Positions 44,720 to 54,359 of a stretch of 64,000 nucleotides of DNA are shown here, piece after piece. The DNA is from a virus (taxonomy: Duplodnaviria; Caudoviricetes): IMG/VR virus record IMGVR_UViG_3300042901_002137, positions 5,865-69,864 of that record; one strand, written 5' to 3'. The first letter of the stretch is position 1. Each line of letters starts with the position of its first letter. Position numbers and translations under genes: made by a program. The notes under the pieces are model-generated. The model did no database searches, was not told the DNA's origin, and saw nothing but the letters and a program-made list of their open reading frames with translations.

Positions 44720-45325
44720 ATGAAAGAGGATTTATCAAACTATCCCGAAAAATTTATTTATAGGATTGCAAAATCTCTTAAGGCAGAAGGTTTTGATTTT
44801 GAACCATACTATGAGGCTGCTTTCAAAGACAATATTGAAATTGTTGAGGAAGTGTCATCACTTTACGGTATTGACATTCCTGAAGATTTTTTTGTTGAGT
44901 TGTATAAACTCAATGGTGGTGTAGAAATGTTTGAAGATGGATTCAACATTAATAATTTGAGATATCCCACATTAGAAAGATATTTTGTTACGATTGGAGT
45001 ATCACATGATGTGGTTATTACCAGAGAATATAAAATACCAACTAAAACTTTTTATAGTAAACTAAGACTTGAAAAGTATTGGGAATTTTTAATTGAAGAC
45101 CAATTGTATGGTGATTTAATACGAGATGAACGAGGTAACCCTAAATTTATTGGTGAACCTAAGGTTAGTCATTCTGATGAAGATTTTAACGAAACGTATC
45201 TCAGTAGTGTTAATGAAATAGGAATTAACGAATCTGTCCAAAAAAGAAAAACGAAGCTTGAATCCCTGAATAGAGACCAATTGCTTCGTTTAAGAGGGTT
45301 GATTGATGAACAACTTAAGAGATAA
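44720..45325 (+). CDS. hypothetical protein
   Basis: TATTTAT 44708-44714; C-terminal INES site. Confidence 0.75.
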   Translation: MKEDLSNYPEKFIYRIAKSLKAEGFDFEPYYEAAFKDNIEIVEEVSSLYGIDIPEDFFVELYKLNGGVEMFEDGFNINNLRYPTLERYFVTIGVSHDVVITREYKIPTKTFYSKLRLEKYWEFLIEDQLYGDLIRDERGNPKFIGEPKVSHSDEDFNETYLSSVNEIGINESVQKRKTKLESLNRDQLLRLRGLIDEQLKR

Positions 45326-45331
45326 TCTCTC

Positions 45332-45595
45332 TTACATTACTTCTTCTTCTTGTGCTGAGTTTTTGTTTTTGTTGTTAACCCATTTGTCAATCGATGCAAT
45401 ACCGAAAGAACCTAATGTGATTACCAAGAATCCGTCAAAGATGAATTCGTTAATTAATAGTTCTTTACCCATGTAACCTGTTACCAAGTCAACCAAAAGT
45501 GAGAGAACCATCATTGTAAATGATAAAAACCCAACGACAGATTTTTCATTAATTGTGTTGTTGTCGTCAAAGAGCTGTTTAAAAAAATTTTTCAT
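45332..45595 (-). CDS. two-TM holin-like protein
   Basis: Two hydrophobic helices, charged tail; TATTTAT 45614-45620. Confidence 0.5.
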   Translation of the reverse strand: MKNFFKQLFDDNNTINEKSVVGFLSFTMMVLSLLVDLVTGYMGKELLINEFIFDGFLVITLGSFGIASIDKWVNNKNKNSAQEEEVM

Positions 45596-45625
45596 AATGA
45601 TTAGTGTTTGATAATAAATATCCAA

Positions 45626-45931
45626 CTAATCAGGTATAACCCTCAAAACCATATCAATATACATTTTAATGGTTCGTCTGAGGATAGATTTATCAACGGA
45701 CGGAAAATCCTCTGAAATTAAGTAATAGATACGATTTACCAAGTTTTTTTTGTTGTCTTCAACATGGTATAATTTATCGTCAATAAACATTTGGGTAAAC
45801 GGTCTTTCCATCCAATCAAGTTTAATTGAGCGGACGGGAAAACGTCTTCTCATGTATTTTAATACCTCATCTGAAGTATTTTCATGATATTTTGATAAAA
45901 TTTCTTCTCTTTCGCTTTCAGAAATGAACAT
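45626..45931 (-). CDS. hypothetical protein with ISE leader
   Basis: MFISESEREEIL; TATTTAT 45936-45942. Confidence 0.7.
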   Translation of the reverse strand: MFISESEREEILSKYHENTSDEVLKYMRRRFPVRSIKLDWMERPFTQMFIDDKLYHVEDNKKNLVNRIYYLISEDFPSVDKSILRRTIKMYIDMVLRVIPD

Positions 45932-45963
45932 ACAGATAAATATAAGGCAAACATAGTTCAATT

Positions 45964-46116
45964 ATGGCTGCAGTAAAATCAAAAACCAAATCATCAAACA
46001 CCTCTTTGTTCAGGGAAAAATCAAAAGTATCTAGACCAGGTGTTCACGCTAAAACTAAGACTTCAAAATCAAAAAATTCCAAGAACTATAAGAAACGTTA
46101 TAGAGGTCAAGGTTAA
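45964..46116 (+). CDS. very basic 50-aa peptide (absent from ORF track)
   Basis: MAAVKSKTKSS...GVHAKTKTSKSKNSKNYKKRYRGQG*. Confidence 0.7.
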   Translation: MAAVKSKTKSSNTSLFREKSKVSRPGVHAKTKTSKSKNSKNYKKRYRGQG

Positions 46117-46145
46117 TTGATTTATTAAAGTTTTAACTTAATTTT

Positions 46146-46439
46146 TTGGATATGAACTCCAAGGGAAAAAACTATGCCCGTTTGTTAGAGAAAGTCCTAA
46201 ATAAAGTTAGGAAAGAACATTTGGAGTCATTTTATGGTGAGGGTACAAAAATTAAGATACGAAGTGTTAATTTTTCTCACACAAAGAAAGAATGTATCGT
46301 AGATGCTGTTATCATACTTGGTTCAGTCATCTGTGAGGACGTTTTAGAGGACGTTATTTTACAATATGAGATACTTGATGTAGCCGAACTATACTTAGAC
46401 GGTTATAAGGTCGGAATTCAAGTAAAATTTGATGTTTAA
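46146..46439 (+). CDS. hypothetical protein
   Basis: 97-aa ORF. Confidence 0.7.
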   Translation: MDMNSKGKNYARLLEKVLNKVRKEHLESFYGEGTKIKIRSVNFSHTKKECIVDAVIILGSVICEDVLEDVILQYEILDVAELYLDGYKVGIQVKFDV

Positions 46440-46741
46440 GACTGTTTCATGAACCTTTGTAGAAGGTCATTGTTTTCTTTTTGTAAAAACTCAACACGAA
46501 CCGACAATGCGGACACTTTTTCTGTCAAAATCAAGATAGTTTCTCTCATTTTGTCCTTCTCTTCAGAACTTTCTTGTAATAACGCTTCCAATTTGGCAAT
46601 TCTCTCTCTACAATCTTGTTTTACGAAATTATCATCGTCTCTTTTAACCTCAGCTCTCTTTTCATAGTATTTCCAAGCACTAGTTGACCCCAAAACTGTG
46701 ATTAATGTGATAATTACCGTCCAAATTGATTCCGTACCCAT
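46436..46741 (-). CDS. TM plus coiled-coil protein
   Basis: N-terminal TM, heptads; TATTTAT 46759-46765. Confidence 0.7.
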   Translation of the reverse strand: MGTESIWTVIITLITVLGSTSAWKYYEKRAEVKRDDDNFVKQDCRERIAKLEALLQESSEEKDKMRETILILTEKVSALSVRVEFLQKENNDLLQRFMKQS

Positions 46742-46921
46742 GTAATTTGATTATGATAATAAATATTCTGTTTTTAGAATGAAAACAAATTAGAATTATT
46801 TTTTCACAAATTGGATTTTCGTTTAAGTGGAACTAAGTATTAATTCTAGAATATAATATAATAATATATTATATTAATATAGTAATTTTAATTAATTCTA
46901 TAATGAGTTCTAATACTAATT

Positions 46922-47278
46922 CTAGGGAATTTTTTTCCAAACATTATCCGAGTTCAGTCTTACTGAGATGATGTGTTCCATGGACCATTCGTTTGGTTTA
47001 ATCATGGATAAAAACTCTCGTCCATCTCTTCCCCTGTAAATGTGATAGGTTTGTCCAATTTTTGGTTCAAAATTATACTTACAATTGTAAATCCTCTCGT
47101 TAAGCTCAATTGTATCCTTCAGTATCTGAGCTTCTTCTAACAAGTCATCCCATTTACCCCCAAAATAATCGTTTGCTTTTATGACACCGTACCGTTTGAA
47201 GGCGGTCAAGTCCACAGGTTCTATTTTAGGTGATGAAAGTGATGTAGGATACTCGTAAAGAGATAACGGTTTTTCTGA
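46922..47278 (-). CDS. DUF2452-family protein
   Basis: P.I.P.D...FK..G..KAN..F...N.RIY...FEP.IG..YH.Y...FLS.I.P.EW. Confidence 0.7.
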   Translation of the reverse strand, partial: SEKPLSLYEYPTSLSSPKIEPVDLTAFKRYGVIKANDYFGGKWDDLLEEAQILKDTIELNERIYNCKYNFEPKIGQTYHIYRGRDGREFLSMIKPNEWSMEHIISVRLNSDNVWKKIP

Positions 47279-47314
47279 CATACCCAAAATATAATGCAAA
47301 AAAAGGGGGAGTAA

Positions 47315-47830
47315 TTACTCCCCTCCTTTGATTATGGTTATACCATGTTTTAAAAACTCTTTAGCTCGTGGGTCCAAGTAGGAAAGTGCATAAACTTTCT
47401 CAATATCTTTCACCAACTCTTCTCCGTGTTCGTTCTCTTTGTAAAGCTCGATGATTTTGTCCATCGCCTTATTACATTGTTTGTTGTTTTCGTCAAAGTA
47501 GTTGTATGGTTTAAACTCTTGTAGTGTTGTAGACACCTTATGAGCTAAATCAACTCCACCGTCCGTAATCTGCGGGAACAATCTCATGGTCTTTAATACC
47601 TCTAACATATCCACCAAACTTTGGACACCACCTTTTCTTAATTTGATACCCTCGATATACTCTTCAGGCTCATCCATACCCATAAGGTCATGAATTGACT
47701 TTGTATTTTGAGAGTTACAGAACATTTTCTCACCCTGTTGTTCAGGTTGTTCTGATTCTTGCTCATTCAAACGATAAAGGGACTTAATTTCTTTGATATC
47801 CGCTTCCGTTAATGTAAATCTTTTTCCCAT
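47315..47830 (-). CDS. hypothetical protein with LTE leader
   Basis: MGKRFTLTEADIKEIKSLYRLNEQ; TATTTAT 47835-47841. Confidence 0.75.
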   Translation of the reverse strand: MGKRFTLTEADIKEIKSLYRLNEQESEQPEQQGEKMFCNSQNTKSIHDLMGMDEPEEYIEGIKLRKGGVQSLVDMLEVLKTMRLFPQITDGGVDLAHKVSTTLQEFKPYNYFDENNKQCNKAMDKIIELYKENEHGEELVKDIEKVYALSYLDPRAKEFLKHGITIIKGGE

Positions 47831-47842
47831 GTCTATAAATAC

Positions 47843-48523
47843 TCACATGTTATGAATAAAATCTACCTTTTCTTTCTGTGAAAGTACCTTAGAAGTGAAA
47901 CTAAAGGGGTCGTAACCATAAAAATCAAAAATGTGTCGGTGTTTTCGGTAAATAATCCTCGCATTTTCGTAACTCCACACATCTTTGTATGAATCTGAAA
48001 CATCGTATTGTTTGTATTCATCAAAATTAATGTTCATTTTATGTAAAAAGTCAATTTTTGATAAATCTTCACGGTAGTTATCCAATCGTATACTCTCATC
48101 GGGGGTAAATTGGGTGAAATCATAAGGATACAGGTAGATATAACTGTTTATAGTGGTTCTCCAATCCGTTTCTAATAAATGGAAATCATTTGAAATGAGT
48201 GGAGTTAACCAATTATTGAATTTTTCACTCAGGTAGTCTTTGGAATACTTCTTTAAAGACCAATTAACGTGTGAAATCTCCTTGTATTTGGACAATATAC
48301 GTCTATATGGGTTGTCTGTCACACAAACCACTTTAAATCCTTCAGGAGGTCTAAAATAAGGTTTGTAGTATGATACTTTATAACGACTAACATCCATCAA
48401 ATCTTCGGAATCAATTTCCATCCGTATTTTAAAACCCAAAATACCAAAATAATCACCCAAAACACGTTCACCGGTGTTGTGTTGGAACAAAACGATTGTA
48501 TTAAAAAGGTTTGATATATTCAT
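47843..48523 (-). CDS. sulfotransferase-2-like protein (degenerate PAPS loop)
   Basis: HNTG, V.DNPYRR.LS.Y, RLDNY.EDL, Y...F..Y.Y C-terminus. Confidence 0.55.
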   Translation of the reverse strand: MNISNLFNTIVLFQHNTGERVLGDYFGILGFKIRMEIDSEDLMDVSRYKVSYYKPYFRPPEGFKVVCVTDNPYRRILSKYKEISHVNWSLKKYSKDYLSEKFNNWLTPLISNDFHLLETDWRTTINSYIYLYPYDFTQFTPDESIRLDNYREDLSKIDFLHKMNINFDEYKQYDVSDSYKDVWSYENARIIYRKHRHIFDFYGYDPFSFTSKVLSQKEKVDFIHNM

Positions 48524-48561
48524 TTGAAATAAATGTAATGGACAATGATGGTCTTATAAAC

Positions 48562-48587
48562 AAAAAACCCCCAAAAGTGGGGGTTTT
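48562..48587 (-). terminator. intrinsic terminator
   Basis: AAAACCCCC/GGGGGTTTT. Confidence 0.75.
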
Positions 48588-48609
48588 AAGATAATTTTGT
48601 TAGTTTAAT

Positions 48610-49002
48610 TTAAATTTTGTTACATGAAATGTTAACTTCTGGTTCTGTTGGTAATTCATCACCTGAAACTACGGTTTCTTCTGTGGTTCCTGTAATTACA
48701 GGGTGAACCTCCCAAGAAACGGTTTTCATATCAACAACCATTTCAAAATCACCAGGTGTTGAACCCTTTGTTACGTAGATTCCATCAGCATCCCATCTTA
48801 CTGTTGCGTTAACAGAAGGTGCAGTGTTACAGTCTTCAGTTGGAAATAATTGAATTTGTTTAGAACCCGTGGAAGATGATTCAGTCCATTGGATTGTTTT
48901 ATCTTCAATTTCAGAGTTGGGTGTGATTACTTGGTCTTCAAAGACACCAGCAATCTTAGCATACAAGTCTGTGTTATTTCTAAAATTAAATGTGTGAGCC
49001 AT
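48610..49002 (-). CDS. hypothetical beta-rich protein
   Basis: 130-aa ORF; TATTTAT 49020-49026. Confidence 0.75.
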   Translation of the reverse strand: MAHTFNFRNNTDLYAKIAGVFEDQVITPNSEIEDKTIQWTESSSTGSKQIQLFPTEDCNTAPSVNATVRWDADGIYVTKGSTPGDFEMVVDMKTVSWEVHPVITGTTEETVVSGDELPTEPEVNISCNKI

Positions 49003-49026
49003 GAGCGTATTGTTTGATTATAAATA

Positions 49027-49218
49027 TTACTGCAATCGTTTAATTTCACTTACAATACTTGACAACTGTCTTTTCAGTTCATTGAGTTTTTGTGGTGTGT
49101 CTTTCATTGAAATCACATTACCAGTCTCAATGTTTTTGATTTGTTCTTGCACACGCTGAAATCTAAACATTAATTGGTCGTAGATTTTGGCTTTTTGTTC
49201 GTTAGGTCGTACTATCAT
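49027..49218 (-). CDS. small coiled-coil protein
   Basis: 63-aa ORF. Confidence 0.6.
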   Translation of the reverse strand: MIVRPNEQKAKIYDQLMFRFQRVQEQIKNIETGNVISMKDTPQKLNELKRQLSSIVSEIKRLQ

Positions 49219-49388
49219 ATTTTATTTTTATTTTATTTAATTTCTTCACAAGGAGTGAAACGACAACTCTTATAATGTGAAATAAAGAGTCTTTTGCCAA
49301 TGTAACAACCTAAAATAGAACAGGCTGAAACACCGATGATAAAAAATACTATTTCCATGGATTTTTTTATAAGATAAATATATCGTTT

Positions 49389-49586
49389 TTACAACTTATT
49401 TTGTTTATGTTCCTTCCAATCCAAATAAAAACCGAAAGCAACGATTATGTTCATACCAAAAGATGCAATAATCTCATAAATGTCTTCATATACATTCATA
49501 GTTAAATGCACATGACCAACCATCCAAAAAGGGATTGAGAGATTATTTGCCACCCATCTAAAAAAAAAGTTAAGAAACTTCAACAC
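49389..49586 (-). CDS. small membrane protein
   Basis: 65-aa hydrophobic ORF. Confidence 0.6.
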   Translation of the reverse strand: MLKFLNFFFRWVANNLSIPFWMVGHVHLTMNVYEDIYEIIASFGMNIIVAFGFYLDWKEHKQNKL

Positions 49587-49797
49587 TCTGATTTTCCCTA
49601 ATTTTTTTGTTTAAAAAGTGTAAAATATCAACAGAATCCCATCTGTTGAATGTTTCCCATAAGCTCTTAGAACGAAGAAAGGGATGAGGTAAGGACTTAG
49701 CCCATCTCATCCCTGTTCTAAAATCTTCAACATTCCAATTCAGTTCCTGAGTAGGAACTTTACAGGTTAATTTATAATAAAGTCTTTTAAAGTTCAT
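49570..49797 (-). CDS. hypothetical protein
   Basis: 75-aa ORF. Confidence 0.55.
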   Translation of the reverse strand: MNFKRLYYKLTCKVPTQELNWNVEDFRTGMRWAKSLPHPFLRSKSLWETFNRWDSVDILHFLNKKIRENQSVEVS

Positions 49798-49836
49798 TAT
49801 TGTTAGGTAATAATGAAATTATAAACTAAAAATAAA

Positions 49837-50448
49837 TTATTTCAAGTATCCGTAGTATTTGAATGTTTTTTCTTCTCTATCTGCCAAACCGTGAGTACCA
49901 CCATTAACTCTTTTTGTAAGAGCCAATATAGTGTCTTTACTCACACCTTTATCACAAATTGACCAAAGACCATTCTTTTCAAAGAAGAACATTGCAGATT
50001 CAAACGCAAACTCACTAGCAACTAAATCAGGTTGTTCCATAATCAAAGGATTCTTAAGATAGTCAGAAAAAGCCTTGTAATTTGACTTACCTGTCAATTG
50101 AAGAGCTCCTCTTCCTCTATACTTCCAACCGTCACCAGATGCCTCAGCACCATTACCCATTCTATCAGCGTAAACCCTGTTAGCGATTTTTTCAGGGTTT
50201 CTAGCGTAAGACTCTTCTAATGTACCAGGAAAATATTTTCCAAAAGTACCTTGAAGACCTTGTGCCGAGTAATTCAAGTTTTCAGAAAATGCTTTGAATC
50301 CTCCTGTTTCATGAGCTGTCTGAGCGAAAAAGTGTGCGGCTCTCTCGGGTGTCATTTTGTAATAAGCCATTGCGGCTTTAAGGGTACCAGGCCCGAACGC
50401 TCCGTCGGAACCAACCCCAATTTTTGTTTGAAGATTTTTTAAACTCAT
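49837..50448 (-). CDS. GH19 endolysin
   Basis: FFAQTAHETGGF, ENLNYS, YRGRG.LQLTGK.NY; N-terminal DG.FGPGT; TATTTAT 50467-50473. Confidence 0.92.
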   Translation of the reverse strand: MSLKNLQTKIGVGSDGAFGPGTLKAAMAYYKMTPERAAHFFAQTAHETGGFKAFSENLNYSAQGLQGTFGKYFPGTLEESYARNPEKIANRVYADRMGNGAEASGDGWKYRGRGALQLTGKSNYKAFSDYLKNPLIMEQPDLVASEFAFESAMFFFEKNGLWSICDKGVSKDTILALTKRVNGGTHGLADREEKTFKYYGYLK

Positions 50449-50503
50449 AATTAGTGTTTTTTTTCTATAAATACTCCGAAATATTCCTATATTTGTAACC
50501 TGT

Positions 50504-50812
50504 ATGGATTATAATAAATTAAAAGTAGACCAACTCAAGAAGGAGTGTGACAAACGAGAAATTGTTTGTAAAGAAACTCGTGAGGAGATGATTAAAGCGT
50601 TAAAACTTTATGATGAGGATAAATGGATTTTCCACACATTACAAAAAAAACTCAAACATGGTGGTTACCATGTTCAGATTGATATTAGAAACACTAAAGA
50701 ATTAATTGAGATGGGTAAATTAGTTGAAAAGAAATTGGCGACTAATTTAAAAATTTATGCAACCAAAAGATTGTATTTTAGAACCGAGAACGAATTTATT
50801 GTTCCGAACTAA
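50504..50812 (+). CDS. hypothetical protein with SAP/HeH-like N-terminus
   Basis: KLKVDQLKKECDKR..; TATATTTG 50488-50495. Confidence 0.6.
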   Translation: MDYNKLKVDQLKKECDKREIVCKETREEMIKALKLYDEDKWIFHTLQKKLKHGGYHVQIDIRNTKELIEMGKLVEKKLATNLKIYATKRLYFRTENEFIVPN

Positions 50813-52268
50813 CAATCTCAGTTTCTTGAGATTTCGCATTCGGGTGATTAATTTTAAACATTAAATCATCACGTTTTAATAGTTCAGGATATAATAAGGC
50901 TTTCATCTCTCTATCAACTGTCATCTCAGCTCCTTCAGAAAATAAACTTGGGTGAGCATAGGTTGTTGAAAGATATGCTCGTGTTGGTGTTGTAAATCCA
51001 CCACGAAGAATATCAATGGTTAACTCAGGTTTACCATCAACTAAATTAACGTCTTTAACAATAAAATCTATTTTACCGCCCCTATTATCCATATTTCTCA
51101 TTTCAGGTCTATTCCACCCTAAAGAATAAAAATCTATACTTCTAGTAAATTTTCTACCAACCAGTTCATTTTTTAACTTTTGAACTAATTTTTCATATTT
51201 GTTTGAAAGTAATTTTTCAGGATTAGCTCCCGACCTCAATGCATTCATTTCAGACTTATTGAAGAGGGGTTTATCATAACCTATCTGAGTGTTACTAACA
51301 TGTCTTCCTGTTGATGAGGAATATGTGTCATTAATTTTATACCATTGACCTTTTTTGAAAATGTAAATTGGGTACCACCCATAAGACGTAATAACATATT
51401 GGTCAACACCATTCAAATCTTTTTCCCAAAACCCCTCTAAATTACTACCTTTAAATGGAATTTTTGATTGTGCGAAAGCTCCAACGTTAGTGTTTGTTGT
51501 TTTTTGTGGTTTTAAGTCTTGAGGTCCCTTCTTTTCCGATTCTTTTGTTAAATCGTATCTACCATCCTCTCTGAAATTTGACGTAAATAAATAATAGTAA
51601 TACATTGCCTCTAATGGGTCAAAACCCATGTAATCAAGTATTTCTTTTATTCTACCAATAATTTTATCTTTAGTTTTTAATTCTTTAAGTTGTTTTTGAA
51701 TTGTTCTAAAGATATAAACTTCCTGAGATAAAAAGGCTTTAGCGTCCGAAGATTCTGTCAATCTTTTTTTGAGTTTTGATAACTTTGTTCCCTCAGTGTA
51801 AACTGAACTAACATTAACATCAAAACTTTCCGAATCAAATACTTCTCTATCCAATTCCTCACCTTCCCACCAATCAAAATCACCATCTCCTTCATCAGTT
51901 GTAAAAATTTGTGATGCTAAGTCACCATTAGGTGCTTCAACGGTAGTTTTATATTTGTAGACACCTGTTTCAGAAAAACCTACCCTATAAACAACAGTAT
52001 ATGTTTTTGAATCAACAGGAATTAAATTTTGGGAAGTTAAATTACCTTTTTCTAAACTATCAATATTATTTTTAATTAATTGATAATAATATGCGATTTC
52101 TTCTGTGTTCTGAATTATCTCATAATTACCCAACAAATCTACAACATCATCTTCCAAAAACGATTTGAACTGTCGCAAGTTTGTTAAAGAACCTGGGTGA
52201 TTCTTTGATAACCTATAAATAAATTTTATTAAATTTATCTTATTCATTTTTTCCAATATAATCTTCAA
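50796..52268 (-). CDS. hypothetical multidomain protein
   Basis: 490-aa ORF, internal LTES site; start may be 52247. Confidence 0.75.
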   Translation of the reverse strand: MKIILEKMNKINLIKFIYRLSKNHPGSLTNLRQFKSFLEDDVVDLLGNYEIIQNTEEIAYYYQLIKNNIDSLEKGNLTSQNLIPVDSKTYTVVYRVGFSETGVYKYKTTVEAPNGDLASQIFTTDEGDGDFDWWEGEELDREVFDSESFDVNVSSVYTEGTKLSKLKKRLTESSDAKAFLSQEVYIFRTIQKQLKELKTKDKIIGRIKEILDYMGFDPLEAMYYYYLFTSNFREDGRYDLTKESEKKGPQDLKPQKTTNTNVGAFAQSKIPFKGSNLEGFWEKDLNGVDQYVITSYGWYPIYIFKKGQWYKINDTYSSSTGRHVSNTQIGYDKPLFNKSEMNALRSGANPEKLLSNKYEKLVQKLKNELVGRKFTRSIDFYSLGWNRPEMRNMDNRGGKIDFIVKDVNLVDGKPELTIDILRGGFTTPTRAYLSTTYAHPSLFSEGAEMTVDREMKALLYPELLKRDDLMFKINHPNAKSQETEIVSSEQ

Positions 52269-52662
52269 CCATTATTTGTCTAGTAATTTTGTCCTCACTT
52301 CTAAAAACATCTAAAGATTTACCACTATTTAAAATATTTTCAATATCCTCTTGAATGTATCTTAAATCATCTCTACCCTTTTCAACGAAAGGTACCCACA
52401 ATAATGACGATGTAATTGTGTCATTGTATTTAAACCAACCTTCCATATAAGGTTCTAATGTTAGATTTTCTGACTCAACTATTTTTGGGATAGAATATAC
52501 AAGGTTTATTAAAATTAATTGGGGATATTCCGACAATTGTTCTTCATAATCACTAGGAAAATTATAACCAATAACAAATGGATATTTTTTTTTCAAATTA
52601 GACATTCCCAACCTGAAAATAGGATTTGATTTTAATCTTTGTTTATCCATTTTTAGTGACAA
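52240..52662 (-). CDS. hypothetical protein
   Basis: 140-aa ORF. Confidence 0.7.
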   Translation of the reverse strand: MSLKMDKQRLKSNPIFRLGMSNLKKKYPFVIGYNFPSDYEEQLSEYPQLILINLVYSIPKIVESENLTLEPYMEGWFKYNDTITSSLLWVPFVEKGRDDLRYIQEDIENILNSGKSLDVFRSEDKITRQIMVEDYIGKNE

Positions 52663-52667
52663 ATATA

Positions 52668-53306
52668 TTATTCGTTTTTACCAAAGTAACTTCTACGTTG
52701 ATTAATTTGTCTCATCAATTCTCTCATCTTCATTACATGCTTTTCAAGGTCATCTTGCATTTTTTCGTATTGGTCCTCAAGTTTCCTCAAAGAACCTTCA
52801 GCAGGTTTCCTACCTCTACGTTTTGGTTCACTTGGTACTGATGGTTCCATGGTTGGAGCCATTGATGGTTCAACATCCATAGTTTGTGTCATAGACAAAT
52901 CCGCAAAACCTGTTTTTGGTTTGTTCTTAGAACCTGGCTTTCTACCTCTTGGTCCTTTAACCCAATCATCGGGTTTATTCCAATTTTTAATTTTTTCCGA
53001 AATTACGGGATATCTTTGACTAATTAGGGTCAAGAATTTTTGAGATAATCTACCATCAATTTCGTTTAACCAATCTTCCAAGTAAGAGAATCCTAAAATA
53101 ACATCTTCATTGTTAGTAACATCTTCACCTCTATCAAGTAGGTATTTTCTGAAATCAGAATACATTGGCATTCTAACAACCATATTAGGGTCACCACCAA
53201 ATTCATCCAATAACCAATTAGGCATTTTTTTAGTTATTACCTCAAACTTATCGTCTGTATATCTTCTTTCGGTAATTAACTCATCGTAATAATCTGAGAA
53301 TTTCAT
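52668..53306 (-). CDS. protein with two AT-hook-like motifs
   Basis: KGPRGRKPGSKNK, PKRRGRKP; LITE site; TATTTAT 53322-53328. Confidence 0.65.
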   Translation of the reverse strand: MKFSDYYDELITERRYTDDKFEVITKKMPNWLLDEFGGDPNMVVRMPMYSDFRKYLLDRGEDVTNNEDVILGFSYLEDWLNEIDGRLSQKFLTLISQRYPVISEKIKNWNKPDDWVKGPRGRKPGSKNKPKTGFADLSMTQTMDVEPSMAPTMEPSVPSEPKRRGRKPAEGSLRKLEDQYEKMQDDLEKHVMKMRELMRQINQRRSYFGKNE

Positions 53307-53355
53307 AAGTATATTTTTTTAATAAATATTAAATTAGATGAAAGTATTTATTATT

Positions 53356-53754
53356 ATGGAGGTAAAAGTAAAATATAAGGACTGCAATAAGTTAGAAAGT
53401 AGTCATAACACCATAATTGATTTTATAAAACACCTCCAAAGTAAGTTTCCACTGAAAAATAATATCTCAATTATTTTTTTAGGTAAAAAGTTAAACGGGA
53501 TGACAACAGGGTCAAGAACTGATAATAGTGAGTTAAGAATTTTAGTTCAAAACCGAATCATTAGAGACGTTTTAAGAACCTTATCACACGAATGGGTACA
53601 CGAGTATCAAATAGATGTTTTAAACAGAGACAAGGGTCCTGACATAGGTGGTAAGAATGAAGACGAGGCTAATGCCTATTCAGGAAGATTGGTAAAACAA
53701 TTTGAAAAGAAAAACCCCTATAAAAGAGAGGTTGTTTACAACTCTTTTGAATAA
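53356..53754 (+). CDS. HExxH zinc-metallopeptidase-like protein
   Basis: RTLSHEWVHEYQ ... EDEANA; TATTTAT 53345-53351. Confidence 0.65.
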   Translation: MEVKVKYKDCNKLESSHNTIIDFIKHLQSKFPLKNNISIIFLGKKLNGMTTGSRTDNSELRILVQNRIIRDVLRTLSHEWVHEYQIDVLNRDKGPDIGGKNEDEANAYSGRLVKQFEKKNPYKREVVYNSFE

Positions 53755-54012
53755 TTAATATCTTCCAGTAAGAAAGACAAATACCACTTCAGGAATTTTA
53801 GTACAAATAGCGTCGTTACCATTTTTATCTACACACGCATATTCAGGTAAATCTTTTGCCCATCTTCTCATTTGTCTTGGGCCGGTCATCAAACGATTTG
53901 CAACATAATCTCTATTCCAAAGTTTGTCTCTATCATAATATTCTTCGGTGATAACTTTTTTCACCAAATCAACTAATTCAGATTCTGTCAATTTAATAAT
54001 TTTTTTTCCCAT
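53755..54012 (-). CDS. small protein with LTE leader
   Basis: MGKKIIKLTESELVDLVKKVITEE. Confidence 0.75.
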   Translation of the reverse strand: MGKKIIKLTESELVDLVKKVITEEYYDRDKLWNRDYVANRLMTGPRQMRRWAKDLPEYACVDKNGNDAICTKIPEVVFVFLTGRY

Positions 54013-54014
54013 AA

Positions 54015-54359
54015 CTATTTTTTTCTAAACTTAACCATTAATCCATCAAAATCACTGCCCATAACATCTCTATTAAATAAAAATGAACCTCCTTTTGGAT
54101 GCCAATCATAAAAAAATTTAGACTCTCTTGGAAAATCTTTTTTAAAGTCTTCATAGTTTTTATAGATTTTATCAAACTCATATTTTTCAATTGTCATTGG
54201 GTCAACCGATTCAAAATTTGAATCAACAAAAGAATCGTAATCAACCCCAAAAATCTTTTCGGTGTAGTCAAACTTTTCAAATTTTTCAACAGGTGGTTTA
54301 TCTAATATTTTTGAAACCAATCTGTTTATGTCGGAAGTTTCTGGCTTAGCAGTTTTCAT
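54015..54359 (-). CDS. hypothetical protein
   Basis: 114-aa ORF. Confidence 0.7.
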   Translation of the reverse strand: MKTAKPETSDINRLVSKILDKPPVEKFEKFDYTEKIFGVDYDSFVDSNFESVDPMTIEKYEFDKIYKNYEDFKKDFPRESKFFYDWHPKGGSFLFNRDVMGSDFDGLMVKFRKK

